A stretch of 20,094 bases of DNA, from the NCBI GenBank assembly GCA_043819795.1, contig JBDREN010000003.1:1-20094 (forward strand), read 5' to 3'. Position numbers and translations under genes: made by a program. The notes under the pieces are model-generated. The model worked only from the letters and a program-made list of their open reading frames with translations, ran no database searches and was not told where the DNA came from. Of the stretch, positions 7,692-16,400 are shown in pieces. Origin of the DNA: Elusimicrobiota bacterium. Lineage in GTDB: Bacteria > Elusimicrobiota > Elusimicrobia > UBA1565. The stretch's first letter is position 1. Each line of letters begins with the position of its first letter.

Positions 7692-8873
7692 ATGACGACA
7701 AAGCGCGCGTTCACCCTCTTCACGATCACGGGACCGCTGATGGCGGCCCTGTTGCTTTGCTCTCCTACGCGTGCGCACGCGCAGATCGACAACGATTGGT
7801 CGCCCCAGCCGCAGGCCAATCCATACATGCGCATCACCACTCCCGACGGCGGGGACGTGGTTCTTCCAGACGAAGTCGACAACAGCGCTGTGTTCGAGCA
7901 GTATCCCCTCGAAGAGTGGACCCAGCGGAAGGACGCCAACGGCAAGGTCCTGGGGCTCTGCCACCCCGTGGGTCTTTGCACGTGGCCCCCAAAGGACCTC
8001 GAGAACGACGGGGAGACCGCGGCGGACGCTTTGGACAGAGCCGGGACCAACACGGCCCAGAAGGTCCAGGAGCAGAACAACGGCAAGGAATGCGTCCCTG
8101 GGGAAACCTGCTTCATCGGCCCCTTGCCCGCGGACTTCGGCGAGCTCAACGACCGCGATCTTGAAGAGGAGGCGGAAACGCCCTGCGATGCCGGCACGGA
8201 CTACTGCGATTCGGACGGCGAAAAGCTGACGCCGGAACAATTCGCCCAAGACAAGGACAGCGCCACCGAAGCCCTCCAGAACCGGTATAACCAGCGCGGA
8301 CGCAGTGAGGTCATCTCCAAAGAGGAGGCCGGGACCTTCGGCCACGACGGGCAGGACCCCGATAAGCTGGCCTTCAACGGGCCCGCCCCGGAGGGCGGCC
8401 CGACCGGCGGAGAAATCCGCGGCGCCGAGGTCAATTGCGCCGAGACCGGCACATGCGAGGATTTCGCGGAAAGCTACCAGGGCATGATGAAGGGGATGGC
8501 CGCAGGGCCCGAGGGCCCTGCCGGAGCCCAAGTCGGGACCTATCCCGGCGCCCGGAACGTCGCCCAGACGGCCGTCGAGGTCGAGAAGGCCCTCGGCGAG
8601 GAGAACAAAGCCGGCGGCATCTCCCCCACGCTGACCCGGCTCAAGGGCCTGCGCGACGACTTGATCCACGCGATCGTGGGCCTGGGCGTCTCCGCCGAGG
8701 ATAAAGCCCTCGACGACCAGGCCGCCTCGCTGGCCGGCAAGGCGTACCAGAACAACCGCGCCGACCGGCGCGAGATCCAGGTCAGGCGCTGCAAAGACCA
8801 GCTGCAAGGCGCCGGCGACGACGCCGCCTACCTCTGCCCGGAGCTGGACCCCGCCCCCGTCACCACGCCTTAG
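7692..8873 (+). CDS. Hypothetical secreted, acidic, cysteine-paired protein
   Basis: Sec signal peptide ending AHA|Q, D/E-rich mature part, five Cys pairs, promoter motifs upstream. No family recognised. Confidence 0.75.
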   Translation: MTTKRAFTLFTITGPLMAALLLCSPTRAHAQIDNDWSPQPQANPYMRITTPDGGDVVLPDEVDNSAVFEQYPLEEWTQRKDANGKVLGLCHPVGLCTWPPKDLENDGETAADALDRAGTNTAQKVQEQNNGKECVPGETCFIGPLPADFGELNDRDLEEEAETPCDAGTDYCDSDGEKLTPEQFAQDKDSATEALQNRYNQRGRSEVISKEEAGTFGHDGQDPDKLAFNGPAPEGGPTGGEIRGAEVNCAETGTCEDFAESYQGMMKGMAAGPEGPAGAQVGTYPGARNVAQTAVEVEKALGEENKAGGISPTLTRLKGLRDDLIHAIVGLGVSAEDKALDDQAASLAGKAYQNNRADRREIQVRRCKDQLQGAGDDAAYLCPELDPAPVTTP

Positions 8874-8880
8874 CCCGACC

Positions 8881-9846
8881 TCAGAACCTCACCAGAACGC
8901 AATAGCGGAAGGTGTTTCCCAGCTCCCCGAAGGGGATCCAGGCGAAATCGAAATCCAGGCGGCCGTAGCCGACGCCGGCCCCGAACGTGACGCCGTCGAA
9001 CCCGTCGGCGTCGGTGTTCGACGCGTTGTAGCCGCCGCGCACGGACCCTGAGAGGACCTCCCCGAACCGCTTGCGGTACTCGGTCCCCAAGCCGAGGCGC
9101 ACCGCGTCGTCGCGGGGCACCCGGATCTCGACGGCCGCCAGCCACCGGGGACCCGGCCGGAAGCCCGCCCCGGCGTAGAACATGAACGGCAGGGGATCGG
9201 CCTCCGAACGGAACCGTACCTTGCCGCCCAGGTTCCGAACGCCCCCCCCGGCCGAAAGCCGGCCCCTCCGGCGCAAAACGCCCGCATCCAGGGCGAACGC
9301 CCTGGCGCCCACCGAATCGATCTCCTGATCGATGAGCTTGCCGGCGACGCCCGCCGACCACTCTTCGGAGAAAGCGCGGCCGTAGGCGAGCGTGTAGGCG
9401 AGGTCGCTGGCCCCGAAGGTCCCCTCCGGCTGGTCGGTCTCGATGAGGCCCCGGCGCTCGATATCGCCGACCGAGAGGCTCGTCAGGGAGAAAGCGAAGA
9501 CCCCGAGAGCGTTGCGCTGCCGGCGGGTGTCGACCCAGGAGAGCACGGGGACCGCGATCGCCCCGAAGTTGTGGCGGATGCCCTGGAAGTGGGAGTTGTG
9601 CATGGCCGCGGCCTCGAGCCGCTTGAGGTGGCCCAGGCCGGCGGGGTTGTAGTAGACGGCGTGAACGTCGTCGGCCACTCCTCCGAACGCCTCGCCCATG
9701 GACGCCGGCCGCGCGCCCGGCGCGAGCTTCAAGAACTGCGCTCCCGAGGTCCCCTTATGGCCCCGGCCGAAGGACCACGCGGGCGCCGCGCCGCCGCCTA
9801 CAAGGGCCGCCGCCATCATAAGGGCTGTTGTCCGCCGTGTCGTCAT
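8881..9846 (-). CDS. PorV/PorQ-family (UPF0164-like) outer-membrane beta-barrel protein, copy 2
   Basis: Start ATG 9846 (MTTRRTTALMMAAALVGG..AWS). Motifs GTSGAQFLKLAPGARPASMGEAF...YYNPAGL and DFAWIPFGELG; C-terminal Phe (LVRF). Confidence 0.85.
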   Translation of the reverse strand: MTTRRTTALMMAAALVGGGAAPAWSFGRGHKGTSGAQFLKLAPGARPASMGEAFGGVADDVHAVYYNPAGLGHLKRLEAAAMHNSHFQGIRHNFGAIAVPVLSWVDTRRQRNALGVFAFSLTSLSVGDIERRGLIETDQPEGTFGASDLAYTLAYGRAFSEEWSAGVAGKLIDQEIDSVGARAFALDAGVLRRRGRLSAGGGVRNLGGKVRFRSEADPLPFMFYAGAGFRPGPRWLAAVEIRVPRDDAVRLGLGTEYRKRFGEVLSGSVRGGYNASNTDADGFDGVTFGAGVGYGRLDFDFAWIPFGELGNTFRYCVLVRF

Positions 9847-9865
9847 TCTATTTTCTCTGCGATGA

Positions 9866-9904
9866 GGGCTCTTGCGGAATTCGGTACGAATTCCGCAAAA
9901 GCCC
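9866..9904. other. Strong intergenic stem-loop between the giant gene and porV-like copy 2
   Basis: TTGCGGAATTCG-gta-CGAATTCCGCAA is a perfect 12-bp stem, extended by GGGCT/AGCCC after one mismatch. No U-tract follows it on the coding (minus) strand. Confidence 0.7.
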
Positions 9905-9910
9905 GACACT

Positions 9911-12900
9911 TCACTTAATTACCGCCATCTTGAAGAATGTCGACTGTCCGCCTATCTTTATCTGGGCTATGTACACGCCGCTGGCCACGTCGCGCCCGGA
10001 GTCGTTCCGCCCGTCCCAGGGCTGATAGTGGTACCGCCCCCCGGTGAGCGCGCCCAGGTCCATCGTCCGGACCCTCTCGCCGGCCACGTTGAAGATGCGC
10101 AGGAACCCAGCCCCCCCGAGGCCCCCGGGCACCGCGAAGCGGATCATGGTCCCGCGCACCGTGTGGTTCGGGCCTCCGGCGCTGCCGTGGATGGCCTGCA
10201 CCGTCTTCGGCGCCAGGTCAAAGGGGTTCGGGAAGTTGAAGGCCTCGATCGTTCCCCCGCCGAAGCCGCCCCCCGAGATGACCGCCACCCCGGTGTCGAA
10301 CAGGACGAACGTCGAGAAATGGTCGATGTTGAACGTGATCGTCCGGTTGCCGGCGTCGATGACCGGAGACGCGCCCGTGACGTCCTGCTGGAGGATGTAG
10401 GAGTTGGCCGCCGCGTTGTACCAGTAGAGGTTCAGGTCCGCCGGGTCGATCCCCGTCGGATAGCTCACCGTCAGCTGCGCCGGCTTGGCCAGCGCCCTCC
10501 TAACCCCGTCGGGCAGCAGGACATCGTAGAAGGGGCTAAAGGGGTTCACCTCGGGCGGGGTCGCGGCCAACGCCCGAAAGACGTCCGAGGGATAGGCCTG
10601 CGGCGCGTAGCGCAGCGACCGGATGTTCGCCTGGCTCCCGAACAGCCCCCCGGCCCGCAGCGCCTGCGCCCCTTCCAGAAGCTCGTCGGAGCGCTGCAGC
10701 GCCACCCGGACAGATGAGGACGCGTCCACGAAGAACGCTCCCTGCGGGAGCGTCACGCGCCCGCCGTCTCCCTCGATGACGAGCGAGCCTCCGGTGAGGT
10801 TCGGGATGCTGGTCTTGTGATAGCCGTCCACACCCGAATAAAACGTGAACGCCGAGTCTATCACGAACTCGGGATCGTCCGCGTCGATGGAGTCGGGGTC
10901 CCTGAGCGCGCTGAACGCCCGCGCCCGGAGAGTGAAGCTCGACTCGCCCACGGCCGGAGCGTAGACGGCGCTCAAGGCCAGGCGGCTCTCGGAGAGCTCG
11001 CGGGCGCTCAAGCTCCCCTGGGCCGCGGCCGTCGCGAGGATCAAGTCCAGGTCGTCGTCATCGGCCGTGCGCGAGCGCAGGGGGTGGCTGAACCGGAACT
11101 CGAGGAGGAAGTCGCCCCCCTCCCGCCGGGACTTGGCCAGCACGAACGGCGGCGCGCGCCGGAAGACGAGGTCGATCGCGCGGGCGTCGACGCTGCTCTC
11201 GAAGACGACGTAACGGCCCTCCTCGGGCGTCATGAGCTCGCCGTTGCCCGTCACCAGGACGACCCGGTAGCCCACGCCCGGCCGGAACCCGCTCAAGCTG
11301 TAGCCCGACACCGTCCGCGTGACCGGGTCGGATGCGAGGCTGCCGCCGAAGACCTCGACCATGCCGGGCGTGGCCGCCAGGATCCGGACGATCTCATCCT
11401 CCCCGGGGGACGTCCCGTCGGAAGCGCGTATGCCCCCCGTGAGCCTCGCTCCCGAGCCGAGCGTGAGCGTCCCCATGTCCACGGAGGCCGTGGAGATCGT
11501 GACGGCCCTCGCGGCCGGCGCGTAGCCGGCGGCGGCGGCCGTGAGCCGGTAGGTCCCTGTCGCGAGGTCCGGGACCGTGAACCGGCCGTCCGGCCGCGTC
11601 CGGACCAGGATGTCGGCCACCGGGTTGCGGACCGGGATGATGTCCTCCCTCTGGACGTACAGCAGCGCTCCAGCCCTCGCCTCGGACCCCCCATCCGAGA
11701 AGAGCGTCCCGGCGTCCGGGGCCGCCACGCGCCCCGAGACCGAGAAGGCGGCCGGGGCGAGCGAGACGTCGAGCGTCGTCGTGCTCCGGATGTCCACCGA
11801 CGGGAGGAGCCTCTCCTTGTAGGCGGCCGGCCGGCGCCCGCCCGGGTCCTCCTCGCGGGCGGCCACGAAGATGTCGTAGAAGCGCGCCTCGACATCCAGG
11901 CCCCGGAGCTGATAACCGCCGCCGGAATCAGTCGCCGTCTCGGGGGGACGCCGCCGCGGGCTGTCCTCGCCGGGCGCCTTCGCGGCCCGCCGGGCCAGTA
12001 TCGTGATATTGGCGAGCCCCTCGCCGGTGGCCGCGTCGGTCACGCGGCCGCTCAGGGTCGCCGACGCCCGCACCCGGACCGTCCCGATATCGGCCGTCCG
12101 GCCCTCGACCACCGTCACGCCCGAGCGGACGCCGGAGAGGAGGTCGAGGCTCCCGCCGCGAGTGTTCTCCGTGCTGTTGAATACGTTGAACTCGACGTCG
12201 TAGAGGCCCGGAAGCACCGCCGGGATCGTGAACTGGCCCTGGGCGTCGATCAGGACGCCGCCGTCCGCCGCGGCTTCCGCGAGGCCGCGCGCCGGGAAAA
12301 AACCGCCCTGGAACCACGGGTTCGCGACGGCGAACATCCGGAAATCTGGGGGCAGCAGGCTCCTGTTGTCGGCGGCGACCAGTACGAACTCGCGGCTCCC
12401 GTCCGGCGCGGTCCGCTCGACGGCGATCCTGCCCTTGATGTTCCCCCCGGAGTACAGGAGGATGTCATGGTCCTCGATGTCCGCTCCGGCCACCTCGACG
12501 AGCCTCGGCTTGGCGGAAAAAGCCTTCGGGTAGCCCAGATCCGCGGCCACGACCGAATAGGCGCCGTCGGCCACCTTGTCGAAAACATAGCCGGCGGAGC
12601 TCTGGTTGTTGAAGTTGAGCACCGCCTCCCGCAAGCTCCTGCCCCTCCCGTCGGCCAGCGAAACGGAGAACGGGCGGCTCGCCAGCCGTCCCTCCGGAAG
12701 GCGGACGCTGCCGCCGACCCTGACGCCGCCGGTGATCTCGAGGTCCGCCCGCGTGTCGCCGGAGACGCGCAGCGCCATGGAGGCCGACGCCGCCTCGGCC
12801 CCGTTCTCGGCCCGGCCGTCGAGGTCCTCCGGGACGCGCAGCAGGTAGGCGCCGGGCGGGACCCCCTCTATCCGGAAATCCCCGTCGGGCTCCAGCTCTC

Positions 12901-13435
12901 CCAGGTACGCGACGAGGCTCGGCGGGAGCCCCTCCGCGTGCTCCACCTCATAGTCCAGGCAGCTCCCCGTCGAAGTCCGAAGCTCCCCCGCGCGGTCCCC
13001 CTCGTGCCGGCCGACGGGGATCAGCTCCACGTGCGCGGCCGAGAGCGTCACCGGCTCGCTGGATGAGAGCAGGCAATAGCTAGCGGAAGGCGACTGCGCC
13101 AGCAGCCCCGGGACCGAGCTGACGCTCACGCTGAAGACCCCCTGGCTCAAGTGCACGTCGCCCGACACCGAGACCTTGCCGGATACCGTGAAGGTGGAGC
13201 CCGAGAGGTCGATGACGGCCGAGGCCGTGGCGCCGTCGGCCAGAGCCAGAAACACGTCGGCGGCGTTGCCCGAGGGGCCGTGCATGAGCTGGAAGTTGTA
13301 GAAGCCGGTCCCGAGCGGAGGAGACAGGAAGCTCATGCTGGAGGCGTGATACTGGAACGTCGTCTGCGCCGCCAGCGTCGTGACGTCGGCCACGGCCCTC
13401 GGCGCGGTATCCGGCCCTTGCAGGAAGAATCCCAC
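9911..13435 (-). CDS. C-terminal part of the giant surface protein: carboxypeptidase-regulatory-like beta-sandwich repeats, ZU5-like HFS domain, FlgD-Ig/T9SS-A-like CTD
   Basis: Repeated (L/V)SG.V...G.F/Y....L..G.Y modules; GRVTLPQGAF...LYWYN...IDHFSTFVLF; FNFPNPF...IFNVAGERVRT...WDGRNDSGRDVASGVY...KMAVIK. No signal peptide or RBS at 13435, and the frame reads sensibly back to the C8 run, so this is probably the continuation of the upstream ORF. Confidence 0.85.
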   Translation of the reverse strand: MGFFLQGPDTAPRAVADVTTLAAQTTFQYHASSMSFLSPPLGTGFYNFQLMHGPSGNAADVFLALADGATASAVIDLSGSTFTVSGKVSVSGDVHLSQGVFSVSVSSVPGLLAQSPSASYCLLSSSEPVTLSAAHVELIPVGRHEGDRAGELRTSTGSCLDYEVEHAEGLPPSLVAYLGELEPDGDFRIEGVPPGAYLLRVPEDLDGRAENGAEAASASMALRVSGDTRADLEITGGVRVGGSVRLPEGRLASRPFSVSLADGRGRSLREAVLNFNNQSSAGYVFDKVADGAYSVVAADLGYPKAFSAKPRLVEVAGADIEDHDILLYSGGNIKGRIAVERTAPDGSREFVLVAADNRSLLPPDFRMFAVANPWFQGGFFPARGLAEAAADGGVLIDAQGQFTIPAVLPGLYDVEFNVFNSTENTRGGSLDLLSGVRSGVTVVEGRTADIGTVRVRASATLSGRVTDAATGEGLANITILARRAAKAPGEDSPRRRPPETATDSGGGYQLRGLDVEARFYDIFVAAREEDPGGRRPAAYKERLLPSVDIRSTTTLDVSLAPAAFSVSGRVAAPDAGTLFSDGGSEARAGALLYVQREDIIPVRNPVADILVRTRPDGRFTVPDLATGTYRLTAAAAGYAPAARAVTISTASVDMGTLTLGSGARLTGGIRASDGTSPGEDEIVRILAATPGMVEVFGGSLASDPVTRTVSGYSLSGFRPGVGYRVVLVTGNGELMTPEEGRYVVFESSVDARAIDLVFRRAPPFVLAKSRREGGDFLLEFRFSHPLRSRTADDDDLDLILATAAAQGSLSARELSESRLALSAVYAPAVGESSFTLRARAFSALRDPDSIDADDPEFVIDSAFTFYSGVDGYHKTSIPNLTGGSLVIEGDGGRVTLPQGAFFVDASSSVRVALQRSDELLEGAQALRAGGLFGSQANIRSLRYAPQAYPSDVFRALAATPPEVNPFSPFYDVLLPDGVRRALAKPAQLTVSYPTGIDPADLNLYWYNAAANSYILQQDVTGASPVIDAGNRTITFNIDHFSTFVLFDTGVAVISGGGFGGGTIEAFNFPNPFDLAPKTVQAIHGSAGGPNHTVRGTMIRFAVPGGLGGAGFLRIFNVAGERVRTMDLGALTGGRYHYQPWDGRNDSGRDVASGVYIAQIKIGGQSTFFKMAVIK

Positions 13436-16400
13436 CTCGTCGAAATCGTCGGCGCAGCGGCACGGGGGGGGCCGGCGGCGGGATCCAGACCGCGAACTCC
13501 GCGCGCGCGGAGTCCGGGGAGAACTCCAGCCCCACGACGCCCGGCGCGCTCGTCGAGACCTCCACGGTCGCGGGCCCCGGCGGGGTCTTGCGATACCCCC
13601 TCAGCAAGGCGTCCACCCGATAGCTGCCGGGCTCGAGGCCCGTGATCGTGAAGGTCGCGGCCGTCACGGTCGCGGCCGTCGAGAGACGCACGTACTCGCC
13701 GCAGCTCCGCCGCGTGGCCGGGTCCAAGGCCTCGACGAAGACGGCGAAGGCGCCGGGGTCCGCGAAGGCGGGCCCCGAGCCCGCGGCCGCGCCGGCCAGG
13801 AGCGCGGTGTCGCCCGTGACGCTCACCGTGCCCCGGATCACGAGGCCCTGGCCCAGCGGCAGGTCGAGGTTGCCGGCGCCCGTCTGCGGGTCGCCGATGT
13901 CGCCGTCGTCGGGAACGTAGAGGACGGTCGTCGTCGAGACGAAACCCCGGCTCTCGGCCCGGATCGTCCAGCTCCCGACGTCGAGCCCGAAGACCGTATA
14001 CGGGGCGCTGGTCGGGACGACCCCCCCGGAGGCCGGCTCCACGAAGGCGCCCTTGAAGCGCGCGGGCGCCCGCTCGCCCGGACGCGTAGCCATCACCGAT
14101 ACCCAGGCCCCGAACGGCTTGGTCGAGGGGAGGACCACAGAGCCGTAGACGTTCGCCTTGCGGCGCAGCGGCACGACCACGTCCGTGAACGTGGAGACGG
14201 CCACCCCGGTGACGCGCGTGCTGATCCCGATCGCGGCCAGGTCGATCTCCAGCTCGTAGGTATCGGGCGGGAGGCCCAGGACCGTCCAGGTGCTCGCCGT
14301 GCGTCCCAGCGTCTGGGCCCCGTCGTCCGAGCTGGCGGCGCTCCGCGCGAAGTGAAGCGTTCCCTCCGTCTTCCGGGAGTAGCCGGCGTTGCGCGCCCGG
14401 ACCCGCCCCCAGAACTCCTCCGGCGCCAGAATGGGAATGCCGACCGAGACCCTGATGAAGGCGGGGGCCGGGAAGCCCAGCGTCCCCACGTCCGTACCGC
14501 TCGTGCTGGCCCAGACGCCGAACGCCCCGGTGCTCAGGCTCAAGACCTGTCTCTGCGCGAAGGTCTCGGTCGCGGCGATCACGTTATACGCGCGGCCCTC
14601 GGCGAGCCCGAAGATCCGGAACGCGCCGCTCGAGTCGGCGAGAGCGAAGTTCCCCAGGCCCGCGCCCGGACCTTCGGCCCGGACGACCGCTCCGGCGCCC
14701 GATATCCCCAGGTCGCCGAACACCCACGGAGTCGTCGACACGCGCACTTCGAGCGAGTTGTTCTCCACTGCCCCCCCCGCCGCCGCGATGCGGACCTTGT
14801 AGACGCCGGGCGCAACGAAGCGGCAGACCGATCCCGCGCACGCGATGCCGTCGAAGGTCACCTGGATGGGGCGGTCCGGGTCGCCGGGACCGGATGCCCG
14901 GAAGACCGTCTGGGCGGCGCCCGGGCCGGTCGCGACGGACATCTCCCAGTCGACGGAGCTGTCGGAAAGGCCGAAGCGGATGAACGCATTCAAGTCCCTG
15001 ACCCCGGGCACGAGCACGACGCTCGTGGCGCCCGGGGCGAGCGTCCCCGTGTCGATCGAGACGCCGCTCAAGGCGGCCGGCGCGGCCCGCCGGCCGACCA
15101 GCCGGCTCGCCTCTGCCGAGGTCCCGGAGACGGTCGCCGTGGCCCGTACGAACTCGGAGCCGGCCACGGCGCTCGAGGTCCTGTAGCGGAACTCGGGCGA
15201 GACCGACAGGCCCGCCGCGACCGTGACCGAGCCGGTGCTGATCCCGCCGGAAAGAAGGAACTCGACGCCGGAGTCCCGAAAGAACCCGGTCGCGCTGACG
15301 GTCCCCACGGACAGGGCCGCCTCCACGTTCCCGGCGGCGGCCTGCTGGTTGCCGCAGGCGTCGGTCACCACCAGCTGCATGGTCGGCGAGAGCTGCAAAG
15401 GCCCCAAGGACAGGCGCCGGTACTCGCTGAACCTCAAGGACCGGGCGGCGCCCGCCGTGAGCGATATCTTCGGGACCGTGGATATGCTCACCAGCGACCC
15501 TTCCGCGTCGCCCTGCGTCCGGAGGTCGAAGGTCTGCTCTCCCAGGCCGGCCGGGCCGGCCGGCGGCAGGCCCTTGTAGATGAAGCGTATCTCCTCGTCC
15601 GGCTTGAGCGAGTTCGGAGCCCCGTCTTTCAGGCGCAGCGCCACCCAGTTGTCGCCCAGGGTCACGCTCCCGATCGAGGGCGGGTTGAAGAGGACCTCCG
15701 AGGACCCCGCGACCGTCCACGCCGTGGACGTGGATTCGATCGTGACGTAGCCGGTGGGCGGCACCGGCCCCGCGTGCAGACCCTGCGGACGCGTCCAGCC
15801 CTCCGGCACGCGAAGGCCCACGGCCCCTCCCGGCCCGATCCCGGAAGGACCCACAGTGAAGGCGCTCGTGACGACCAGCGCCTGGCAGCCCGCGGTGGAG
15901 GGAGTAGACGCCCAGGCCGAGCCCTCCCCGTCGCCCACCCCGAAGATGAGGGCGCCCGCGTCGAAGGTGAACGTCGATACCAGGGTGGACGTGAATGCGG
16001 CCGGGTCCGCGATGGAGGACGGGTTCGTCGCCTTGACGACGACGTAGTAGTCGTTGCCGTTGGTCAGGCGGGCGTCCGCGATCGCGATCGTCCACTCGAC
16101 GTCGGGCTCGCGGAAGGGCGTCACGGTGGCCTGCTCCTCGTCGGGGCCGACCAACGAGAACGTCTCGGCGCTCCAGTCGAAATACCGGCCCGCCCGCACG
16201 TCCTTGAGCGCCACGGCCACTCCGGCCACCGAGACCGAGTCCTGCGCCCGCCCGGCCAGCCTCCCGCTCAGAGTCCCGACGGTCGCGTTCAGGGGGATCG
16301 AGAACGTGAGCGTGGGCTTCGACTCCGATATCCTGAAGACCGGGAAGATCGTGCTCGCGTCGGGCAGGATGACGACGTTCGAGACGTCGCTCGCGGTGAT

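Noticed and set aside
7640..7694. c-di-GMP-I riboswitch suggested by GGGACGAAAGGCC
   Set aside because: The upstream GGCAAA and GNRA-capped stem are missing and the motif runs into the start codon. An Rfam cmscan would settle it.
7668..8807. 379-aa minus-strand ORF
   Set aside because: Antisense shadow. The plus-strand ORF has the signal peptide, promoter motifs and paired cysteines.
9911..13435. Independent gene starting at GTG 13435
   Set aside because: It has no SD or signal peptide despite a secretion CTD, would overlap the upstream ORF by 356 bp, and a one-base change at the C8 run fuses the two ORFs. Not fully excluded.
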